DNA of 64,000 bases. It comes from Alphaproteobacteria bacterium. GTDB taxonomy: Bacteria > Pseudomonadota > Alphaproteobacteria > JACZXZ01. Made by a program: the position numbers and the translations under genes. Below are positions 19,658 through 28,264 of the stretch, piece by piece. Each line of letters opens with the position of its first letter. Within the stretch, counting starts at the first letter, position 1. The notes under the pieces were generated by a model. That model saw only the letters and a list, made by a program, of their open reading frames with translations, was not told where the DNA came from and ran no database searches. The DNA is taken from the NCBI GenBank assembly GCA_052143835.1, contig JBKQRV010000142.1, positions 8,995 through 72,994 of the forward strand, in the 5' to 3' direction.

Positions 19658-19669
19658 CGGGAGGGTGCG

Positions 19670-21835
19670 GTGAGCATGCGTGAAACGAAGGGCATCGGCC
19701 GGCGCTCCTTCCTGGTGAGCACGGCCGCCGCCGGCGGGCTCATGCTCGGCTTCCGCCTACCCGGCCTCGCACAGGCACTCGCGGCCTCCGAGACGAGAGC
19801 CGCCGGCGAGGTGAATGCTTGGCTCCTCATCGCTCCCGACGACAGCGTCACCATCCGCGTGGCGCGCTCGGAGATGGGACAAGGCAGCTTCACCGCCCTT
19901 CCCATGCTCGTCGCCGAGGAGCTCGAGTGCGATTGGTCGAAGGTCAGGGCCGAATATGCCTCGGCGAGCGAGAATCTCGCGCGCAACCGCGTCTTCGGCT
20001 CGATGACGACCGACGGCAGCCGCGCGATCCGCGACTCCCAGGAATATCTGCGCAAGGCGGGGGCCGCCGCGCGCGCGATGCTGCTCGAGGCCGCGGCCGA
20101 GAAATGGGGCGTGCCGCGCGCCGAGCTCACGGTCGAGAAGGGCGTCATCATGCACGGCGTCTCTGGCCGCCGGATGCGCTACGGCGAGATTGCCGAAGCC
20201 GCCGCCAAGATGGCGCCGCCCCGGGAGGTGAAGCTGAAGGAGCCCGGCGAGTGGACGCTCATCGGCAAGCCGCAGAGGCGCCTCGATGTCGCCGACAAGG
20301 TCTTGGGCAAGCCGGTCTTCGGCATGGACGTCCGCCTTCCCGGAATGCTTTACGCGACGATCGCGCAATGCCCGGTCTTCGGCGGCAAGCTCAAGAGCTA
20401 CGACGACAGCAAGATAAAGAGCATGAGCGGCGTGCGGCAGGTGGTGGCCCTGGCGGGCGCGGTCGCCGTCGTCGCCGACAGCTACTGGCAGGCCAAGCAG
20501 GCGCTCGATGCGCTCCCGATCGCGTGGGACGAGGGCGCCAACGCCAAGGCGAGCGACGCCGGAATCAGGGCATACCTCGAGGACGGCTTGCGTGCTGGCT
20601 ACGCCGTCGCCGCGCGTCGCGAAGGCGATGTCGAGGCAGCGCTCGCCGGCGCCGCCAAGGTGCTCGAAGCCGAGTATTTTGCCCCCTTCCTCAGCCACGC
20701 GACGATGGAGCCGATGAACGCCACGGCGCGCGTCGGCGCCGACAAGGTCGAGGTCTGGGCGCCCTCCCAGAACGCCGAGGCCTCGCTCGCCGCGGCGGCC
20801 GAGGCAGCCGGGGTCGATCCGCGCAAGGTCGAGGTTCACCTCACCATGCTGGGCGGCGGCTTCGGACGGCGGGTCGCCGCCCAGGATTACGTCAAGCAGG
20901 CCGTCGTCATCTCGAAAGCCGCGGGCCGGCCGGTGAAACTGGTGTGGTCGCGCGAGGAGGACACGAGACACGACTTCTATCGCCCGGTGAGCATGGCGAA
21001 GTTCACCGCGGCACTCGACAAGGACGGCATGCCGATCGCGTGGCGGAATCGGGTCACGGGCCAATCGATCCTCGCCTTCATGAAGCCGAGCAGGGTCAGG
21101 CACGCCTACGACGAGGAATTCCTCGAGGGGCTCGTGGACCTCCCTTACGGCATACCCAACATTCTCGTCGACTATGCGATGCGCAACACGCACGTGCCGG
21201 TCGGCTACTGGCGCTCGGTCAACCATTCGCAGAACGCCTTCTACGAGGAAAGCTTCCTCGACGAGGTGGCCCATGCGGGCGGCAAGGACCCCTACGAGCT
21301 GCGGCGCATCCTGCTCAAGGACAAGCCGAAACAGCGCGCCGTGCTCGAGGCCGCGGCCAGGAAGGTCGAGTGGGAGAAGCCGCCGCCAAGCGGCGTCCAC
21401 CGCGGCATCGCCTATCACGACGCCCGCGGCAGCCTCACCTGCCAGATCGCCGAGGTCTCCGTCGGTGCCAAGGGCGAGATCACGGTGCGCCGCATCGTTT
21501 GCGCCATCGATCCCGGCCATGTCGTCAACCCGGACACGGTCGAGGCGCAGATCGAAAGCGGCATCGTCTACGGGCTTTCCGCAGCACTTTACGGCGAGAT
21601 CACGATCAAGGACGGCCGCGTCGAGCAGTCGAATTTCGACAATTACCAGGTGCTGCGCATGAAGGAGATGCCGAAGATAGAGGTCGTGCAGGTGCCGAGC
21701 GGCGGATTCTGGGGCGGGATCGGCGAGGTAGGCGTGCCCGGCGCGGCCCCGGCGCTCTGCAACGCCATCTTTGCCGCGACGGGAAAGCGCATCCGCTCCT
21801 TGCCGCTCAAGAACCACGACCTGCGCTCGGCATGA
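19670..21835 (+). CDS. iorB: molybdopterin-binding large subunit of molybdenum hydroxylase (IorB-like), Tat-exported
   Basis: Tat motif GRRSFLV; aldehyde oxidase/xanthine dehydrogenase MoCo-binding domains; 721 aa. Confidence 0.85.
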   Translation: MSMRETKGIGRRSFLVSTAAAGGLMLGFRLPGLAQALAASETRAAGEVNAWLLIAPDDSVTIRVARSEMGQGSFTALPMLVAEELECDWSKVRAEYASASENLARNRVFGSMTTDGSRAIRDSQEYLRKAGAAARAMLLEAAAEKWGVPRAELTVEKGVIMHGVSGRRMRYGEIAEAAAKMAPPREVKLKEPGEWTLIGKPQRRLDVADKVLGKPVFGMDVRLPGMLYATIAQCPVFGGKLKSYDDSKIKSMSGVRQVVALAGAVAVVADSYWQAKQALDALPIAWDEGANAKASDAGIRAYLEDGLRAGYAVAARREGDVEAALAGAAKVLEAEYFAPFLSHATMEPMNATARVGADKVEVWAPSQNAEASLAAAAEAAGVDPRKVEVHLTMLGGGFGRRVAAQDYVKQAVVISKAAGRPVKLVWSREEDTRHDFYRPVSMAKFTAALDKDGMPIAWRNRVTGQSILAFMKPSRVRHAYDEEFLEGLVDLPYGIPNILVDYAMRNTHVPVGYWRSVNHSQNAFYEESFLDEVAHAGGKDPYELRRILLKDKPKQRAVLEAAARKVEWEKPPPSGVHRGIAYHDARGSLTCQIAEVSVGAKGEITVRRIVCAIDPGHVVNPDTVEAQIESGIVYGLSAALYGEITIKDGRVEQSNFDNYQVLRMKEMPKIEVVQVPSGGFWGGIGEVGVPGAAPALCNAIFAATGKRIRSLPLKNHDLRSA

Positions 21836-21884
21836 TCCGCGAGCGAGGACGGCGTTGCCGCCCTCCCGCCTGACCGAGGTGCCC

Positions 21885-23702
21885 TCAGGGCCTCGCGCTT
21901 GGCTCTTTCGTCGCCCTGCGGATGGCGTAGAGCGAGACGTTGCCGTAGCCCTTGGCGAGCGGCACGCTGCCGACGTAATCGCGCGCGTAGGGCGCGTTCG
22001 TCTCGAGCGCCAGCGCCGCGGCAAAGGGCTCGGTGACGTAGACCGAGCCGACCGGGGTGATCGGCTCGATGCGCGCCGCGCGGGTGACGTGGGCGCCGAA
22101 GAAGGAGGTGCGATCGAGCACCGGGTCGGTCATCTCGTTGACCGGCCCGTAGTGGCAGCCGATGCGCAGCGCCGTGTTCGCCGGCAAAGCGCTCCGCGCC
22201 AAATCGACGCGCGCCACGCGCTCCTGGATGGCAAGCGCGCAGGCGGTCGCCGCCTCGACATCGTCGAAGACGATGAAGAGCCCGTCGCCCCAGGTATTGC
22301 ACCACAGCACGTGCTCGCGAAAGCCGCGGATCGCACCCCCCATCGCACCCAGTATCTCTTGCACGAAGGCCGGGATTTGCCGCTCCGTGAGCTTGCTGAA
22401 GCCGCGCACGTCGCCGAAGAGAAAGGCGCAGAGCCGCCGCCCCTCGCCCGCGAGCGGCCCGCTCGGCCCCTCCGGCACCTCCGTGCAAGGCCGCCCAGTG
22501 CCGTCGGGTGCAATGATCAAGGTGGGATGCCCGGCCATGCGCCAGATGCGCACTTCCGCCCCCGTGCCGGCCAAGCCGTGCGAATGGTCGGGCGGCGTGC
22601 CGTCCCATAAGGCGATCTGCATTGCCTTGCCGTCGAGGAAGTCGGCGCGCTGCAAGGCCAGCCCCATGGCGTAGCGGCCGCCATAGGAGAAGAGCGCGCT
22701 CGAGCCGGCGAAATCGTCGCTCGTCGCCACGACCACGCGGCTCGCGCGCGCGAGGCAGGCCTCGAAACGCTCGAGCCAGCGCTGCCCCGCGGGCGCCACC
22801 GAGACCGCGCGGAACTCGTTGAGCTCGAAAGGGATGACGAGATGAAGCTCGGCCCCGCGCGCGAGCAGCGCCTCGGCGAAGATCACGTCGGCCCCCGCCG
22901 CGAGCGAGCCGTAGCCGTAACCGACGTCTCGTTCCGCGAGCGCCTCGCTGATCGCGCGGGCCGCGGCCGGCTCGTCGCTCTCCTTGAAGTGCCGCCCGAT
23001 GAGATGGCCGACGTAATGGATGACGGGTGCGGGTGCGAGCGGTGCGAGGATGCCCTCGTCGAGACCGAGCTGGCGGCAGGTCCGGCGCAGCTGGCGCCGC
23101 GTCGCCGCGCGCGCCTGCGTATCGACCGGGCGCACATCGGCGGCGCGGCCGATGAGCGCGCGCGCGGCAGCGACATTGCCGAGAATCAATTGCGCTTCGG
23201 CCTGCGTGGCCAGGCCGTAATAGTCGTCGGCCTTGCAGACCGCGAGCACCGCCTCCGCCGTGCGGCGCGCTTCGGCGTCGCGGCCGGCCCAGAGCAGGAG
23301 GGCCGCGGCATTGACGCCGGGATAGGGGTCGCGGGTCAGCGTGAAGACCTGGGCGTAGGCGGCGGCGGCGGCCTCCAACCGCTCGTTGCGCCGGCTCGAG
23401 GAGTCGGCGAGCGCCACATCCTTGAGCAGGCGCGCCTGGAGCGAGGGAAGGTCGACCGCAAGTTTGGCGTCGTCCGTTGCCGCCTCGCCCAGCGCCCACT
23501 TGCCGTAGAGGTCGAGCGCGCGCGCGGTGGCGCCGGCACGCGCCATGGCGAGGAGCGCACGATGCTTGTAGGCGAGAGCATCCGGGAATTCCTCGACGGC
23601 GCGATGGGCGAGATCGCAGGCGACGATCAGGTCGCCCCGCCGCATCGCCGCGTCGATCTCGGCGAGGCGTGCCGCCCCCTCTTCACCCCCTTGCGCCGTC
23701 AT
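21885..23702 (-). CDS. multidomain signalling protein: N-terminal TPR-like helical domain, SLOG (DprA/Smf-like Rossmannoid) domain, C-terminal class III adenylate/guanylate (nucleotidyl) cyclase domain
   Basis: Cyclase motifs: FGDVRGFS and WGDGLFIVF (metal-binding Asp), GCHYGPV and FGAHVTRAARIE. SLOG motif GYGYGSLAAGADVIFAEALLARGAELHLVIP resembles DprA GxARGID...GG.TIAVL. Start at MTAQGG with an AGAGG RBS. Confidence 0.75.
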   Translation of the reverse strand: MTAQGGEEGAARLAEIDAAMRRGDLIVACDLAHRAVEEFPDALAYKHRALLAMARAGATARALDLYGKWALGEAATDDAKLAVDLPSLQARLLKDVALADSSSRRNERLEAAAAAYAQVFTLTRDPYPGVNAAALLLWAGRDAEARRTAEAVLAVCKADDYYGLATQAEAQLILGNVAAARALIGRAADVRPVDTQARAATRRQLRRTCRQLGLDEGILAPLAPAPVIHYVGHLIGRHFKESDEPAAARAISEALAERDVGYGYGSLAAGADVIFAEALLARGAELHLVIPFELNEFRAVSVAPAGQRWLERFEACLARASRVVVATSDDFAGSSALFSYGGRYAMGLALQRADFLDGKAMQIALWDGTPPDHSHGLAGTGAEVRIWRMAGHPTLIIAPDGTGRPCTEVPEGPSGPLAGEGRRLCAFLFGDVRGFSKLTERQIPAFVQEILGAMGGAIRGFREHVLWCNTWGDGLFIVFDDVEAATACALAIQERVARVDLARSALPANTALRIGCHYGPVNEMTDPVLDRTSFFGAHVTRAARIEPITPVGSVYVTEPFAAALALETNAPYARDYVGSVPLAKGYGNVSLYAIRRATKEPSARP

Positions 23703-23976
23703 GCTCCCTCTGACGTTGTCCGCCCTTCCGCAGGAAGGCGGCATTTCCTCGCGGCAGAGCACGCCACCCGCCGCGAGAGAGCATAGCCGACCCCTCGCCC
23801 TCGGCGAAAGCCGCTAATTGGCCCGGGCGGCCTGCCATCGCGATTCAGCGCTTGTCCTTTGCCGTGTTACACTTTCGGCCGTCGCGGAGAGGCGCGTTGC
23901 AGAGGGGTCGGCCGCAGCGCCCCGAGGCTGGATGCTCTCTTGGAAGTCATCCGCCCGGGCAAGAGGAACCAACCGA

Positions 23977-26900
23977 ATGGCAGAACCGCTCAGGATCTTC
24001 ATCTCCTCGCCCGGCGACGTCGAGGAGGAGCGTCGGCGCGCGGCAATCGTCGTGGGCAGGCTCGCCCGCGAATTCGCGCGCTTCTTCGAGATCAAGCCGG
24101 TGCTTTGGGAATACGAGCCCATGCTCGCATCGGGCCACTTCCAGGACATCATCGAGCCGCCTTCGCGCTCCGACATCGAGGTGGTGATTCTGTGGTCGCG
24201 CCTCGGCACGCCGCTGCCGGCCGAGCGTTACCGCGGGATCGATGGACGGGCACCCGTCACCGGCACGGAATGGGAGTTCGAGGACGCGCTCAAGGCCCAC
24301 CGCGAGCGAGGTGCTCCGGACCTCCTGGTCTACCGCAAGAAGACCAAGGGAATCGCCGAGTTCGACAGCACGGAAGAGCTCGAGGCGGCGGCACTTCAGC
24401 GCAAGGCGCTCGAGCAGTTCTGGGAGCGCTACTTCGGCAGCGCTCAGAGCGGCTTCAAGGCGGCGTTCAACCTCTTCACCGACCGCGACGAGTTCGAGCA
24501 AATGCTCGAGTCGCACCTGAGGACGCTCATCCGCGAGCGCCTGCCGCGGCTCGCGGAGTCGCGCCGAGCCTCCGCCGAGATCGCCTGGCACCAAGGCTCG
24601 CCCTATCGCGGGCTCCAGTACTTCGATCTCGAGCACGCGCCGATCTTCTTCGGCCGCGCGCGCGCGCAACGCCAAGTGACCGAGGCGCTGGCGCGCCGCG
24701 CGGCAGAGGGCTCTGCCTTCGTGCTCGTCTTGGGCATGAGCGGCTGCGGCAAGTCCTCGCTCGTGCGCGCCGGCGTGCTGCCCGAGCTGATGACGCCGGG
24801 CGTGGTGAGCGGCGTCGGGATGTGGCGGCACTGCGTGTTCCGGCCGAGCGAAGGCGAGGGCGACCTGATCGGCGGGCTGATCCGGGCGCTGTCGGAGCGG
24901 GAGCAGGCTCTGCCCGAGCTCTTGGAGGGCGGCCTCAGCGTCGAGCAGGTGAGCGCTCTTGTGCGCGACGTGCCGCATCAGGCGACCGTGACGATCGCAC
25001 CGAGCCTCAAGCGCGCGGCCGAGCGCGTCAAGGGTATCGCCGGCGAGGGCCGCCTCATCCTCGTCATCGACCAATTGGAGGAGATGTTCTCGCTCCCCTC
25101 GGTCGACAAGGAGGCGCGCGAGCGCTTCGTGACGCTCATCGCAGCCCTTGCGGAGAGCCGGGTCGTGTGGGTGATCGGCGTGATGCGCAGCGACTTCTAC
25201 CACCGCGCCGCCGAGTTGCCGGTCCTCGTGCGGCTTGCGGCCGGCCGGGGAAGCTACCTGCTCACCGAGCCGACCGCGCCGGAGATCGCGGAGATGATCA
25301 ATCAACCGGCCGCCGCCGCCGGGCTCGCCTTCGAGGTGGACGCGGAAAGCGGCGAGCGGCTTGACCGGGTGCTGCAGGAAGCGGCGGCCCGCGAGCCGGG
25401 CGCCTTGCCGCTTCTCGAGTTCGCGCTCGACCAGCTCTATCGCAAGGACATCGAGGAGAAGCACGGCGAGGTCCTGACCTTCGCGAGCTACCGCGATCTC
25501 GGCGAGCTAAGGGGTGCGGTGGCGCGCCACGCGGACGAGGTGTGCGACGCCTTGCCGGCGGACGCGCGAGCGGCGCTTCCGAGCGTATTGCGCGCGCTGG
25601 TCACCGTGGGGTCGGGGGAGGACCGCGCCACCGCGCGCGCGGTGCGTCGCGACGAGATCGGCGCCAATGCGGCGCGGGCCGCCGTCATCGACCGCTTGAT
25701 CGAGGCGCGCCTGCTCGTGAGCAGCGAAGAGGAGGGTGCCGGACAGGTTCGTCTCGCGCACGACATGCTCATCGCAAGCTGGCCGCGCCTCAGGGATCTC
25801 GTGGCCGAGGATCGCGACTTCCTGCGCACGCGCGAGCGGGTCGACCAGGCGGCGGTGGAATGGGAGCGGCGCGGCCGGGCCGACGATTTCCTTTTGCCGG
25901 GCGGCCGCTCGCTCGCCGAGGCGGAGGACCTGCTCGCGCGGCGCAGCGAGGATATCGAGAGCCGCGACCGCCTCTTCATCGAGACCTCGGTTCGGCGCGA
26001 GCGCGCGCAGCGGGAGCGGCGGCTGAAACAAACGCGCGCGGTCGCCGCCGTGATGGGGCTGCTCGCCGTGGTCGCCGCCGGCTTCGGCTGGTACGCCTAC
26101 GACCGCCGCGCCGCGGCGGAGCGCAATTACGAGATCGCCGTGCGCGCGGCTCAAACGCTCGTTCGCGACGTGGCGGACCGCCTGCGCAACCTCGGCCTGC
26201 CCGCAGCCAGCGTGCGCGACATCCTGACGAGCGCCGAATCGCTTTACAAAGACCTCACTCTCGACGCCGCCTCGCGGCCCGACCTTCTCGGCCGGAAGGC
26301 GGAGACGCTGATGTCGCTCGCCGACACCTACGCGGCACTCGGGGATACCGGTGCCGAGCGCAAGCGGGCCGAAGAGGCGCGCGCGGCCTTCCTCGATCTC
26401 ATCGCAAAGCACCCGAACGATACGACCTGGCAGCGCGACCTTTCCGTCAGCCAAAACAAGGTCGGAGACGCGCTTCGCGCCCAAGGTGATCTGGCCGGCG
26501 CGCTTGAGAGCTATCGCGCCGGCCTGGATACCACGGAGAAGCTCGCGGCGCGCGATGCTTCCAACGCCGTCTGGCAGCGCGATCTCGCCATCAGCCACGA
26601 GCGCATCGGCGACACGCTCACCGCGGAAGGAGACCTCGGCGGCGCGCTCGCCAGCTATCGCAAGGGCCTCGCGATCCACGAGGCGCTGGCGAAACGCAAT
26701 CCCTCCGATAGCGAGGGGCAGCGCGACCTTTCAGTCAGCGACAACAAGATCGGCGACGCGCTCCGCAATGGCGGAGAGCCGGCGGAGGCGCTCAAGAGCT
26801 ACCGCGCCGGCTTGGCGATCATGGAAGCGCTCACGGCGAAGGATCCCTCGAACACGCAGTGGCTGCGCGACCTCGCCATCAGCCACGAGCGGATCGGCAA

Positions 26901-28233
26901 TGTACTCCGCATCCAGGGCGACGAGACGGAGGCGCTTGCGAGCTACCGCAAGAGCCTCGCGATTCACGAGCAACTTGCGGCGCGCGACTTGTCCAACACG
27001 GTGTGGCAGCTCGACGTCTCCATCGGCAACGAGAGGATCGGCGACATGCTCGCCAGCCAGGGCAATCTCGCGGAGGCGCTCAAGAGCTACCGCACGTCCC
27101 TCGGGACGCGAGAGAGGCTGGTGGCGCGCGATCCCTCCAATTCCGACTGGCAGCGCGATCTCTCGGTTGGCGAAAACAAGGTGGGGGACGTGCTCCGCGT
27201 CCAGGGCGATGCGAAGGGCGCGCTTGCCAGCTATCGCACGGGCCTCGACATCATGGAGAAGCTCGTGGCGCGGGATCCCTCGAATGCCGGCTGGCAGCGG
27301 GATGTCTCAATCAGCTACGAGCGGATCGGCGATGCGCTGGCCGCCCAGGGAAACCAAGGAGAGGCGCTGGCGAGCTATCGCAAGAGCCTCGATATTCGCG
27401 AGAAGCTTGCCGCGCGCGACCCATCCAACATCGGCTGGACCTACGACCTGTCCATCAGCAATACCAAGATCGGCGACGCGCTCCGCGCACAAGGGGACCA
27501 GGACGGAGCGCTTGCGAGCTATCGCACGGAGCTCGCGATCGTCGAGAAGCTGGCGGCGCGCGACCCCACGAACGCGGAGTGGCAGCGCGACGTCTCCGTC
27601 GGGCAAAACCGCATCGGCGACGTGCTCCGCGCGAAGAACGACTTGGGGGGAGCGCTCGCGAGCTATCGTACCGGTCTTGCGGTCATGGAGAAGCTCTCGG
27701 CGCGCGATCGTGCGAACGCGCTTTGGCAGCACGATCTCTGCGTCAGCTACGAGCGCATCGGCGACGTGCTGGCGCTTCAACGGGATCCCGCGGGGGCGCT
27801 CGCATACTATCGGCAGGAGCTCGAGCTCATCGGCAAGCTTGCGGCGGCCAATCCCTCGAACCTCTCCTGGCAGCGCGAGCTCTACCTCACGCAAAACCGC
27901 GTCGGCAACGCGCTTGCCGCAACGGGTGATCAGGCGGGAGCGCTCGCGAGCTTTCGCGCCGGCCTTGAGACCATTTCGCCGCTGGCATCGCGCGATCCAT
28001 CCAACACCGGCGAGCAGCACGATCTCGCCGTCAGCCACGAGCGGATCGCGAGCGCGCTGAGCGCGCTCGGGAACCAGGCCGAGGCGCTTGCAAGCTACAA
28101 TAGGAGCCTCGAAATCATCGAGACGCTCCTCGCGAAGCAGCCGTCGAATACACTCTGGCAGCATGATCGCTCCTATTTGCGCGGCGAAATCGGGACTCTC
28201 GCAAAAAATTCGCCAAGCGGTTCCGCCCAATGA
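23977..28233 (+). CDS. STAND-type P-loop NTPase with N-terminal DUF4062/TIR-like domain, single TM helix and C-terminal array of about 13-14 TPR_10/12-type (42-aa) repeats
   Basis: N-terminal IFISSPGDVEEER plus a conserved acidic TEWEFEDAL. Walker A is VLVLGMSGCGKSSLV and Walker B is LILVIDQLEE. TM helix is AVAAVMGLLAVVAAGFGWYAY. The C-terminal repeats have WQRDL anchors. An AGGA RBS precedes the ATG at 23977; the ORF's upstream extension to 23818 is rejected. Confidence 0.75.
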   Translation: MAEPLRIFISSPGDVEEERRRAAIVVGRLAREFARFFEIKPVLWEYEPMLASGHFQDIIEPPSRSDIEVVILWSRLGTPLPAERYRGIDGRAPVTGTEWEFEDALKAHRERGAPDLLVYRKKTKGIAEFDSTEELEAAALQRKALEQFWERYFGSAQSGFKAAFNLFTDRDEFEQMLESHLRTLIRERLPRLAESRRASAEIAWHQGSPYRGLQYFDLEHAPIFFGRARAQRQVTEALARRAAEGSAFVLVLGMSGCGKSSLVRAGVLPELMTPGVVSGVGMWRHCVFRPSEGEGDLIGGLIRALSEREQALPELLEGGLSVEQVSALVRDVPHQATVTIAPSLKRAAERVKGIAGEGRLILVIDQLEEMFSLPSVDKEARERFVTLIAALAESRVVWVIGVMRSDFYHRAAELPVLVRLAAGRGSYLLTEPTAPEIAEMINQPAAAAGLAFEVDAESGERLDRVLQEAAAREPGALPLLEFALDQLYRKDIEEKHGEVLTFASYRDLGELRGAVARHADEVCDALPADARAALPSVLRALVTVGSGEDRATARAVRRDEIGANAARAAVIDRLIEARLLVSSEEEGAGQVRLAHDMLIASWPRLRDLVAEDRDFLRTRERVDQAAVEWERRGRADDFLLPGGRSLAEAEDLLARRSEDIESRDRLFIETSVRRERAQRERRLKQTRAVAAVMGLLAVVAAGFGWYAYDRRAAAERNYEIAVRAAQTLVRDVADRLRNLGLPAASVRDILTSAESLYKDLTLDAASRPDLLGRKAETLMSLADTYAALGDTGAERKRAEEARAAFLDLIAKHPNDTTWQRDLSVSQNKVGDALRAQGDLAGALESYRAGLDTTEKLAARDASNAVWQRDLAISHERIGDTLTAEGDLGGALASYRKGLAIHEALAKRNPSDSEGQRDLSVSDNKIGDALRNGGEPAEALKSYRAGLAIMEALTAKDPSNTQWLRDLAISHERIGNVLRIQGDETEALASYRKSLAIHEQLAARDLSNTVWQLDVSIGNERIGDMLASQGNLAEALKSYRTSLGTRERLVARDPSNSDWQRDLSVGENKVGDVLRVQGDAKGALASYRTGLDIMEKLVARDPSNAGWQRDVSISYERIGDALAAQGNQGEALASYRKSLDIREKLAARDPSNIGWTYDLSISNTKIGDALRAQGDQDGALASYRTELAIVEKLAARDPTNAEWQRDVSVGQNRIGDVLRAKNDLGGALASYRTGLAVMEKLSARDRANALWQHDLCVSYERIGDVLALQRDPAGALAYYRQELELIGKLAAANPSNLSWQRELYLTQNRVGNALAATGDQAGALASFRAGLETISPLASRDPSNTGEQHDLAVSHERIASALSALGNQAEALASYNRSLEIIETLLAKQPSNTLWQHDRSYLRGEIGTLAKNSPSGSAQ

Positions 28234-28264
28234 GAGCCCTCAGCTGCGCCGCCGAGCCGGAACC

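Noticed and set aside
19757-22024. 755-aa minus-strand and 684-aa plus-strand alternative-frame ORFs over iorB
   Set aside because: Only the 19670..21835 frame gives a molybdopterin oxidoreductase with a Tat signal. The others are Arg/Gly-rich artefacts.
21643-23499. 618-aa minus-strand ORF overlapping the cyclase gene in another frame
   Set aside because: It is extremely Arg/Gly/Ala-rich with no domain. The 21885..23702 frame carries the cyclase and SLOG motifs.
23818-23976. Upstream extension of the STAND ORF to 23818 (and similar long N-terminal extensions of tcuA 5881, dnaE2 31510, SBP 54220, M20 52983, TetR 8627)
   Set aside because: The extensions are low-complexity or overlap promoter elements. 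Internal Met or GTG starts with RBS-like sequences and homology-consistent N-termini were chosen instead.
23947-26679. Minus-strand ORFs (23947..25464, 25507..26679) antisense to the STAND gene
   Set aside because: They are antisense artefacts of a high-GC coding region.
26330-28233. Periodic 126-bp repeats as a possible CRISPR or satellite array
   Set aside because: The repeats are in frame, encode TPR helices within a continuous ORF, and have no spacer/repeat architecture.
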